This document shows positions 43,901 to 56,089 of a stretch of DNA of 64,000 nt, one piece after another (the stretch's first letter is position 1; each line of letters begins with the position of its first letter). Under the pieces are notes generated by a model. That model searched no databases. It was given only the letters and a program-made list of their open reading frames with translations, and had not been told where the DNA came from. This stretch comes from Eledone cirrhosa (Eukaryota). The position numbers and the translations under genes are program-made. The stretch spans positions 174,778,001 through 174,842,000 of the forward strand of contig OZ024743.1 of the NCBI GenBank assembly GCA_964016885.1, in the 5' to 3' direction.

Positions 43901-46900
43901 TTATATAGGATGTCGGTAGTCTTTGATATACTGTACCTGTTATATGACATGTAGGAAGTCTTTGATATACTGTACCTGTTATATGACATGTAGGAAGTCT
44001 TTGATATACTGTACCTTTTATATAGGATGTAGGTAGTCTTTGATATACTGTACCTGTTATATAGGATGTAGGTAGTCTTTGATATACTGTACCTGTTATA
44101 TAGGATGTAGGTAGTGTTTGATATACTGTACCTGTTACATAGGATGTATGTAGTCTTTGATATACTGTACCTGTTACATAGGTTGTAGGTAGTCTTTGAT
44201 ATACTGTACCTGTTATATAGGATGTATGTAGTCTTTGATATACTGTACCTGTTATATAGGATGTAGGTAGTCTTTGATATACTGTACCTGTTATATAGGA
44301 TGTAGGTAGTCTTTGATATACTGTACCTGTTATATAGGATGTCGGTAGTCTTTGATATACTGTACCTGTTATATAGGGTGTAGGTAGTCATTGATATACT
44401 GTACCTGTTATATATGATGTAGGTAGTCTTTGATATACTGTACCTGTTATATAGGATGTAGGTAGTCTTTGATATACTGTACCTGTTATATAGGATGTAG
44501 GTAGTCTTTGATATACTGTACCTGTTATATAGGATGTAGGTAGTCTTTGATATACTGTACCTGTTATATAGGATGTAGGTAGTCTTTGATATACTGTACC
44601 TGTTATATAGGATGTAGGTAGTCTTTGATATACTGTACCTGTTATATAGGATGTAGGTAGTCTTTGATATACTGTACCTGTTATATAGGATGTAGGTAGT
44701 CTTTGATATACTGTACCTGTTATATAGGATGTAGGTAGTCTTTGAAATACTGTACCTATTATATGAGATGTAGGAAGTCTTTCATATACTGTACCTGTTA
44801 TATAGGATGTAGGTAGTCTTTGATATACTGTACCTGTTATATAGGATGTAGGTAGTCTTTGATATACTGTACATGTTATATAGGATGTAGGTAGTCTTTG
44901 ATATACTGTACCTGTTACATAGGATGTAGGTAGTCTTTGATATACTGTACCTGTTACATAGGATGTAGGTAGTCTTTCATATACTGTACCTGTTATATAG
45001 GATGTAGGTAGTCTTTGATATACTGTACCTGTTATATAGGATGTAGGTAGTCTTTGATATACTGTACCTATTATATAGGATGTAGGTAGTCTTTGATATA
45101 CTGTACCTGTTATATAGGATGTAGGTAGTCTTTGATATACTGTACCTGTTATATAGGATGTAGGTAGTCTTTGATATACTGTACCTGTTATATAGGATGT
45201 AGGTAGTCTTTGATATACTGTACCTGTTACATAGGATGTAGGTAGTCTTTGATATACTGTACCTGTTATACAGGATGTATGTAGTCTTTGGTATACTGTA
45301 CCTGTTACATAGGATGTAGGTAGTCTTTGATATACTGTACCTGTTATATAGGATGTAGGTAGTCTTTGATATACTGTACCTGTTATATAGGATGTAGGTA
45401 GTCTTTGATATACTGTACCTGTTATATAGGATGTAGGTAGTCTTTGATATACTGTAGCTGTTATATAGGATGTAGGTAGTCTTTGATATACTGTACCTGT
45501 TATATAGGATGTAGGTAGTCTTTGATATACTGTACCTGTTATATAGGATGTAGGTAGTCTTTGATATACTGTACCTATTATATGAGATGTAGGAAGTTTT
45601 TGATATACTGTACCTGTTATATAGGATGTAGGTAGTCTTTGATATACTGTACCTGTTATATAGGATGTAGGTAGTCTTTGATATACTATACCTGTTATAT
45701 AGGATGTAGTCTTTGATATACTGTACCTGTTATATAGGATGTAGGTAGTCTTTGATATACTGTACCTGTTATATGAGATGTAGGAAGTCTTTGATATACT
45801 GTAGTTGTTATATAGGATGTAGGTAGTCCTTGATATACTGTACCTGTTATATAGGATGTAGGTAGTCTTTGATATACTGTACCTCTTATATAGAATGTAG
45901 GTAGTCTTTGATATACTGTACCTGTTATATAGGATGTAGGTAGTCTTTGATATACTGTACCTGTTATATAGGATGTAGGTAGTCTTTGATATACTGTACC
46001 TCTTATATAGGATGTAGGTAGTCTTTGATATACTGTACCTGTTATATAGGATGTAGGTAGTCTTTGATATACTGTACCTGTTATATAGGATGTCGGTAGT
46101 CTTTGATATACTGTACCTGTTATATGACATGTAGGAAGTCTTTGATATACTGTACCTGTTATATGACATGTAGGAAGTCTTTGATATACTGTACCTTTTA
46201 TATAGGATGTAGGTAGTCTTTGATATACTGTACCTGTTATATAGGATGTAGGTAGTCTTTGATATACTGTACCTGTTATATAGGATGTAGGTAGTGTTTG
46301 ATATACTCTACCTGTTACATAGGATGTATGTAGTCTTTGATATACTGTACCTGTTACATAGGTTGTAGGTAGTCTTTGATATACTGTACCTGTTATATAG
46401 GATGTAGGTAGTCTTTGATATACTGTACCTGTTATATAGGATGTAGGTAGTCTTTGATATAATGTACCTGTTATATAGGATGTAGATAGTCTTTGATATA
46501 CTGTACCTGTTATATAGGATGTAGGTAGTCTTTGATATACTGTACCTGTTATATAGGATGTCGGTAGTCTTTGATATACTGTACCTGTTATATAGGATGT
46601 AGGTTGTCTTTGCTATACTCTACCTGTTATATATGATGTAGGTAGTCTTTGATATACTGTACCTGTTATATAGGATGTATGTAGTCTTTGATATACTGTA
46701 CCTGTTATATAGGATGTAGGTAGTCTTTGATATACTGTACCTGTTATATAGGATGTAGGTAGTCTTTGATATACTGTACCTGTTATATAGGATGTCGGTA
46801 GTCTTTGATATACTGTACCTGTTATATAGGGTGTAGGTAGTCATTGATATACTGTACCTGTTATATATGATGTAGGTAGTCTTTGATAAACTGTACCTGT

Positions 46901-47030
46901 TACATAGGATGTATGTAGTCTTTGATATACTGTACCTGTTATATAGGATGTAGGTAGTCTTTGATATACTGTACCTGTTATATAGGATGTAGGTAGTCTT
47001 TGATATACTGTACCTGTTATATAGGATGTA
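29000..47030. repeat. Large ~9 kb tandem segmental duplication within the array
   Basis: Colinear markers with offsets decreasing in whole monomers: CTCTACATG ~29570/38641 (9071); ORF ends 32108/41140 (9032); 35398/44391 (8993); 37254/46169 and 37705/46620 (8915). Confidence 0.8.
30100..33290. repeat. Tandem duplication of about 1.6 kb nested inside the 9 kb unit (second occurrence at ~39.1-42.4 kb)
   Basis: GTAATTAG at ~30251/31885 (1634 = 42 x 39 - 4) and ~39322/40917 (1595 = 41 x 39 - 4). Copies share CCTCTAATAT, TACTTTACC and TTACAGAGG. Confidence 0.75.
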
Positions 47031-50000
47031 GGTAATCTTTGATATAATGTACCTGTTATATAGGATGTATGTAGTCTTTGATATACTGTACCTGTTATAT
47101 AGGATGTAGGTAGTCTTTGATATACTGTACCTGTTATATAGGATGTAGGTAGTCTTTGATATACTGTACCTGTTATATAGAATGTAGGTAGTCTTTGATA
47201 TACTGTACCTGTTATATAGGATGTAGGTAGTCTTTGATATACTGTACCTGTTACATAGGATGTAGGTAGTCTTTGATATACTGTACCTTTTATATAGGAT
47301 GTAGGTAGTCTTTGATATACTGTAACTGTTATATAGGATGTAGGTAGTCTTTGATATACTGTACCTGTTATATAGGATGTCGGTAGTCTTTGATATACTG
47401 TACCTGTTATATATGATGTAGGTAGTCTTTGATATACTGTACCTGTTACATAGGATGTAGGTAGTCTTTGATATACTGTACCTGTTACATGAGATGTAGG
47501 AAGTCTTTGATATACTGTACCTGTTATATAGGATGTAGGTAGTCTTTGATATACTGTACCTGTTATATAGGATGTAGGTAGTCTTTGATATACAGTACCT
47601 GTTATATAGGATGTAGGTAGTGTTTGATATACTGTATCTGTTATATAGGATGTAGGTAGTCTTTGATATACTGTACCTGTTATATAGGATGTAGGTAGTG
47701 TTTGATATACTGTACCTGTTATATAGGATGTAGGTAGTCTTTGATATACTGTACCTGTTATATAGGATGTAGGTAGTCTTTGATATACTGTACCTGTTAT
47801 ATAGGATGTCGGTAGTCTTTGATATACTGTACCTGTTATATGACATGTAGGAAGTCTTTGATATACTGTACCTGTTATATAGGATGTCGGTAGTCTTTGA
47901 TATACTGTACCTGTTATATGAGATGTAGGAAGTCTTTGATATACTGTACCTGTTATATAGGATGTAGGTAGTCTTTGATATACTGTACCTGTTATATAGG
48001 ATGTAGGTGGTCTTTGATATACTGTACCTGTTATATAGGATGTAGGTAGTCTTTGATATACTGTACCTGTTATATAGGATGTCGGTAGTCTTTGATATAC
48101 TGTACCTGTTATATGACATGTAGGAAGTCTTTGATATACTGTACCTGTTATATGACATGTAGGAAGTCTTTGATATACTGTACCTTTTATATAGGATGTA
48201 GGTAGTCTTTGATATACTGTACCTGTTATATAGGATGTAGGTAGTCTTTGATATACTGTACCTGTTATATAGGATGTAGGTAGTCTTTGATATACTGTAC
48301 CTGTTATATAGGATGTAGGTAGTCTTTGATATACTGTACCTGTTATATAGGATGTAGGTAGTCTTTGAAATACTGTACCTATTATATGAGATGTAGGAAG
48401 TCTTTCATATACTGTACCTGTTATATAGGATGTAGGTAGTCTTTGATATACTGTACCTGTTATATAGGATGTAGGTAGTCTTTGATATACTGTACATGTT
48501 ATATAGGATGTAGGTAGTCTTTGATATACTGTACCTGTTACATAGGATGTAGGTAGTCTTTGATATACTGTACCTGTTACATAGGATGTAGGTAGTCTTT
48601 CATATACTGTACCTGTTATATAGGATGTAGGTAGTCTTTGATATACTGTACCTGTTATATAGGATGTAGGTAGTCTTTGATATACTGTAGCTGTTATATA
48701 GGATGTAGGTAGTCTTTGATATACTGTACCTGTTATATAGGATGTAGGTAGTCTTTGATATACTGTACCTGTTATATAGGATGTAGGTAGTCTTTGATAT
48801 ACTGTACCTATTATATGAGATGTAGGAAGTTTTTGATATACTGTACCTGTTATATAGGATGTAGGTAGTCTTTGATATACTGTACCTGTTATATAGGATG
48901 TAGGTAGTCTTTGATATACTATACCTGTTATATAGGATGTAGTCTTTGATATACTGTACCTGTTATATAGGATGTAGGTAGTCTTTGATATACTGTACCT
49001 GTTATATGAGATGTAGGAAGTCTTTGATATACTGTAGTTGTTATATAGGATGTAGGTAGTCCTTGATATACTGTACCTGTTATATAGGATGTAGGTAGTC
49101 TTTGATATACTGTACCTCTTATATAGAATGTAGGTAGTCTTTGATATACTGTACCTGTTATATAGGATGTAGGTAGTCTTTGATATACTGTACCTGTTAT
49201 ATAGGATGTAGGTAGTCTTTGATATACTGTACCTCTTATATAGGATGTAGGTAGTCTTTGATATACTGTACCTGTTATATAGGATGTAGGTAGTCTTTGA
49301 TATACTGTACCTGTTATATAGGATGTCGGTAGTCTTTGATATACTGTACCTGTTATATGACATGTAGGAAGTCTTTGATATACTGTACCTGTTATATGAC
49401 ATGTAGGAAGTCTTTGATATACTGTACCTTTTATATAGGATGTAGGTAGTCTTTGATATACTGTACCTGTTATATAGGATGTAGGTAGTCTTTGATATAC
49501 TGTACCTGTTATATAGGATGTAGGTAGTGTTTGATATACTCTACCTGTTACATAGGATGTATGTAGTCTTTGATATACTGTACCTGTTACATAGGTTGTA
49601 GGTAGTCTTTGATATACTGTACCTGTTATATAGGATGTAGGTAGTCTTTGATATACTGTACCTGTTATATAGGATGTAGGTAGTCTTTGATATAATGTAC
49701 CTGTTATATAGGATGTAGATAGTCTTTGATATACTGTACCTGTTATATAGGATGTAGGTAGTCTTTGATATACTGTACCTGTTATATAGGATGTCGGTAG
49801 TCTTTGATATACTGTACCTGTTATATAGGATGTAGGTTGTCTTTGCTATACTCTACCTGTTATATATGATGTAGGTAGTCTTTGATATACTGTACCTGTT
49901 ATATAGGATGTATGTAGTCTTTGATATACTGTACCTGTTATATAGGATGTAGGTAGTCTTTGATATACTGTACCTGTTATATAGGATGTAGGTAGTCTTT

Positions 50001-51915
50001 GATATACTGTACCTGTTATATAGGATGTCGGTAGTCTTTGATATACTGTACCTGTTATATAGGGTGTAGGTAGTCATTGATATACTGTACCTGTTATATA
50101 TGATGTAGGTAGTCTTTGATAAACTGTACCTGTTACATAGGATGTATGTAGTCTTTGATATACTGTACCTGTTATATAGGATGTAGGTAGTCTTTGATAT
50201 ACTGTACCTGTTATATAGGATGTAGGTAGTCTTTGATATACTGTACCTGTTATATAGGATGTAGGTAATCTTTGATATAATGTACCTGTTATATAGGATG
50301 TATGTAGTCTTTGATATACTGTACCTGTTATATAGGATGTAGGTAGTCTTTGATATACTGTACCTGTTATATAGGATGTAGGTAGTCTTTGATATACTGT
50401 ACCTGTTATATAGAATGTAGGTAGTCTTTGATATACTGTACCTGTTATATAGGATGTAGGTAGTCTTTGATATACTGTACCTGTTACATAGGATGTAGGT
50501 AGTCTTTGATATACTGTACCTTTTATATAGGATGTAGGTAGTCTTTGATATACTGTAACTGTTATATAGGATGTAGGTAGTCTTTGATATACTGTACCTG
50601 TTATATAGGATGTCGGTAGTCTTTGATATACTGTACCTGTTATATATGATGTAGGTAGTCTTTGATATACTGTACCTGTTACATAGGATGTAGGTAGTCT
50701 TTGATATACTGTACCTGTTACATGAGATGTAGGAAGTCTTTGATATACTGTACCTGTTATATAGGATGTAGGTAGTCTTTGATATACTGTACCTGTTATA
50801 TAGGATGTAGGTAGTCTTTGATATACAGTACCTGTTATATAGGATGTAGGTAGTGTTTGATATACTGTATCTGTTATATAGGATGTAGGTAGTCTTTGAT
50901 ATACTGTACCTGTTATATAGGATGTAGGTAGTGTTTGATATACTGTACCTGTTATATAGGATGTAGGTAGTCTTTGATATACTGTACCTGTTATATAGGA
51001 TGTAGGTAGTCTTTGATATACTGTACCTGTTATATAGGATGTCGGTAGTCTTTGATATACTGTACCTGTTATATGACATGTAGGAAGTCTTTGATATACT
51101 GTACCTGTTATATAGGATGTCGGTAGTCTTTGATATACTGTACCTGTTATATGAGATGTAGGAAGTCTTTGATATACTGTACCTGTTATATAGGATGTAG
51201 GTAGTCTTTGATATACTGTACCTGTTATATAGGATGTAGGTGGTCTTTGATATACTGTACCTGTTATATAGGATGTAGGTAGTCTTTGATATACTGTACC
51301 TGTTATATAGGATGTCGGTAGTCTTTGATATACTGTACCTGTTATATGACATGTAGGAAGTCTTTGATATACTGTACCTGTTATATGACATGTAGGAAGT
51401 CTTTGATATACTGTACCTTTTATATAGGATGTAGGTAGTCTTTGATATACTGTACCTGTTATATAGGATGTAGGTAGTCTTTGATATACTGTACCTGTTA
51501 TATAGGATGTAGGTAGTCTTTGATATACTGTACCTGTTATATAGGATGTAGGTAGTCTTTGATATACTGTACCTGTTATATAGGATGTAGGTAGTCTTTG
51601 AAATACTGTACCTATTATATGAGATGTAGGAAGTCTTTCATATACTGTACCTGTTATATAGGATGTAGGTAGTCTTTGATATACTGTACCTGTTATATAG
51701 GATGTAGGTAGTCTTTGATATACTGTACATGTTATATAGGATGTAGGTAGTCTTTGATATACTGTACCTGTTACATAGGATGTAGGTAGTCTTTGATATA
51801 CTGTACCTGTTACATAGGATGTAGGTAGTCTTTCATATACTGTACCTGTTATATAGGATGTAGGTAGTCTTTGATATACTGTACCTGTTATATAGGATGT
51901 AGGTAGTCTTTGATA
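45370..51915. repeat. Near-perfect tandem duplication, period 3233 bp (83 monomers)
   Basis: Identical 512-aa ORFs at 46620 and 49853. Rare variants GTAGTTG (45801/49034), TGTAACT (47321/50554) and TACAGTA (47591/50824) are all offset 3233 = 83 x 39 - 4. A related third copy lies at ~52.5-55.1 kb (ORF 53593). Confidence 0.88.
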
Positions 51916-54900
51916 TACTGTACCTATTATATAGGATGTAGGTAGTCTTTGATATACTGTACCTGTTATATAGGATGTAGGTAGTCTTTGATATACTGTA
52001 CCTGTTATATAGGATGTAGGTAGTCTTTGATATACTGTACCTGTTATATAGGATGTAGGTAGTCTTTGATATACTGTACCTGTTACATAGGATGTAGGTA
52101 GTCTTTGATATACTGTACCTGTTATACAGGATGTATGTAGTCTTTGGTATACTGTACCTGTTACGTAGGATGTAGGTAGTCTTTGATATACTGTACCTGT
52201 TATATAGGATGTAGGTAGTCTTTGATATACTGTACCTGTTATATAGGATGTAGGTAGTCTTTGATATACTGTACCTGTTATATAGGATGTAGGTAGTCTT
52301 TGATATACTGTACCTGTTATATAGGATGTAGGTAGTCTTTGATATACTGTACCTGTTATATAGGATGTAGGTAGTCTTTGATATACTGTACCTGTTATAT
52401 AGGATGTAGGTAGTCTTTGATATACTGTACCTGTTATATAGGATGTAGGTAGTCTTTGATATACTGTACCTGTTATATAGGATGTAGGTAGTCTTTGATA
52501 TACTGTACCTGTTATATAGGATGTAGGTAGTCTTTGATATACTGTACCTATTATATGAGATGTAGGAAGTTTTTGATATACTGTACCTGTTATATAGGAT
52601 GTAGGTAGTCTTTGATATACTGTACCTGTTATATAGGATGTAGGTAGTCTTTGATATACTATACCTGTTATATAGGATGTAGTCTTTGATATACTGTACC
52701 TGTTATATAGGATGTAGGTAGTCTTTGATATACTGTACCTGTTATATGAGATGTAGGAAGTCTTTGATATACTGTACTTGTTATATAGGATGTAGGTAGT
52801 CCTTGATATACTGTACCTGTTATATAGGATGTAGGTAGTCTTTGATATACTGTACCTCTTATATAGGATGTAGGTAGTCTTTGATATACTGTACCTCTTA
52901 TATAGGATGTAGGTAGTCTTTGATATACTGTACCTGTTATATAGGATGTAGGTAGTCTTTGATATACTGTACCTCTTATATAGGATGTAGGTAGTCTTTG
53001 ATATACTGTACCTGTTATATAGGATGTAGGTAGTCTTTGATATACTGTACCTGTTATATAGGATGTCGGTAGTCTTTGATATACTGTACCTGTTATATGA
53101 CATGTAGGAAGTCTTTGATATACTGTACCTGTTATATGACATGTAGGAAGTCTTTGATATACTGTACCTTTTATATAGGATGTAGGTAGTCTTTGATATA
53201 CTGTACCTGTTATATAGGATGTAGGTAGTCTTTGATATACTGTACCTGTTATATAGGATGTAGGTAGTGTTTGATATACTGTACCTGTTACATAGGATGT
53301 ATGTAGTCTTTGATATACTGTACCTGTTACATAGGTTGTAGGTAGTTTTTGATATACTGTACCTGTTATATAGGATGTAGGTAGTCTTTGATATACTGTA
53401 CCTGTTATATAGGATGTAGGTAGTCTTTGATATAATGTACCTGTTATATAGGATGTAGATAGTCTTTGATATACTGTACCTGTTATATAGGATGTAGGTA
53501 GTCTTTGATATACTGTACCTGTTATATAGGATGTCGGTAGTCTTTGATATACTGTACCTGTTATATAGGATGTAGGTAGTCTTTGCTATACTCTACCTGT
53601 TATATATGATGTAGGTAGTCTTTGATATACTGTACCTGTTATATAGGATGTATGTAGTCTTTGATATACTGTACCTGTTATATAGGATGTAGGTAGTCTT
53701 TGATATACTGTACCTGTTATATAGGATGTAGGTAGTCTTTGATATACTGTACCTGTTATATAGGATGTCGGTAGTCTTTGATATACTGTACCTGTTATAT
53801 AGGGTGTAGGTAGTCATTGATATACTGTACCTGTTATATATGATGTAGGTAGTCTTTGATAAACTGTACCTGTTACATAGGATGTATGTAGTCTTTGATA
53901 TACTGTACCTGTTATATAGGATGTAGGTAGTCTTTGATATACTGTACCTGTTATATAGGATGTAGGTAGTCTTTGATATACTGTACCTGTTATATAGGAT
54001 GTAGGTAATCTTTGATATAATGTACCTGTTATATAGGATGTATGTAGTCTTTGATATACTGTACCTGTTATATAGGATGTAGGTAGTCTTTGATATACTG
54101 TACCTGTTATATAGGATGTAGGTAGTCTTTGATATACTGTACCTGTTATATAGGATGTAGGTAGTCTTTGATATACTGTACCTGTTATATAGGATGTAGG
54201 TAGTCTTTGATATACTGTACCTGTTATATAGGATGTCGGTAGTCTTTGATATACTGTACCTGTTATATATGATGTAGGTAGTCTTTGATATACTGTACCT
54301 GTTACATAGGATGTAGGTAGTCTTTGATATACTGTACCTGTTACATGAGATGTAGGAAGTCTTTGATATACTGTACCTGTTATATAGGATGTAGGTAGTC
54401 TTTGATATACTGTACCTGTTATATAGGATGTAGGTAGTCTTTGATATACTGTACCTGTTATATAGGATGTAGGTAGTGTTTGATATACTGTATCTGTTAT
54501 ATAGGATGTAGGTAGTCTTTGATATACTGTACCTGTTATATAGGATGTAGGTAGTGTTTGATATACTGTACCTGTTATATAGGATGTAGGTAGTCTTTGA
54601 TATACTGTACCTGTTATATAGGATGTAGGTAGTCTTTGATATACTGTACCTGTTATATAGGATGTCGGTAGTCTTTGATATACTGTACCTGTTATATGAC
54701 ATGTAGGAAGTCTTTGATATACTGTACCTGTTATATAGGATGTCGGTAGTCTTTGATATACTGTACCTGTTATATGAGATGTAGGAAGTCTTTGATATAC
54801 TGTACCTGTTATATAGGATGTAGGTAGTCTTTGATATACTGTACCTGTTATATAGGATGTAGGTGGTCTTTGATATACTGTACCTGTTATATAGGATGTA

Positions 54901-56089
54901 GGTAGTCTTTGATATACTGTACCTGTTATATAGGATGTCGGTAGTCTTTGATATACTGTACCTGTTATATGACATGTAGGAAGTCTTTGATATACTGTAC
55001 CTGTTATATGACATGTAGGAAGTCTTTGATATACTGTACCTTTTATATAGGATGTAGGTAGTCTTTGATATACTGTACCTGTTATATAGGATGTAGGTAG
55101 TCTTTGATATACTGTACCTGTTATATAGGATGTAGGTAGTGTTTGATATACTGTACCTGTTACATAGGATGTATGTAGTCTTTGATATACTGTACCTGTT
55201 ACATAGGATGTAGGTAGTCTTTGATATACTGTACCTGTTATATAGGATGTAGGTAGTCTTTGATATACTGTACCTGATTAATAGGATGTCGGTAGTCTTT
55301 GATATAATGTACCTGTTATATAGGATGTAGGTAGTCTTTGATATACTGTACCTGTTATATAGGATGTAGGTAGTGTTTGATATACTGTACCTGTTATATA
55401 GGATGTAGGTAGTCTTTGATATACTGTACCTGTTATATAGGATGTAGGTAGTCTTTGATATACTGTACCTGTTATATAGGATGTCGGTAGTCTTTGATAT
55501 ACTGTACCTGTTATATAGGATGTAGGTAGTCTTTGCTATACTCTACCTGTTATATATGATGTAGGTAGTCTTTGATATACTGTACCTGTTATATAGGATG
55601 TATGTAGTCTTTGATATACTGTACCTGTTATATAGGATGTAGGTAGTCTTTGATATACTGTACCTGTTATATAGGATGTAGGTAGTCTTTGATATACTGT
55701 ACCTGTTATATAGGATGTCGGTAGTCTTTGATATACTGTACCTGTTATATAGGGTGTAGGTAGTCTTTGATATACTGTACCTGTTAAATATGATGTAGGT
55801 AGTCTTTGATAAACTGTACCTGTTACATAGGATGTATGTAGTCTTTGATATACTGTACCTGTTATATAGGATGTAGGTAGTCTTTGATATACTGTACCTG
55901 TTATATAGGATGTAGGTAGTCTTTGATAAACTGTACCTGTTATATAGGATGTAGGTAGTCTTTGATATAATGTACCTGTTATATAGGATGTATGTAGTCT
56001 TTGATATACTGTACCTGTTATATAGGATGTAGGTAGTCTTTGATATACTGTACCTGTTATATAGGATGTAGGTAGTCTTTGATATACTG

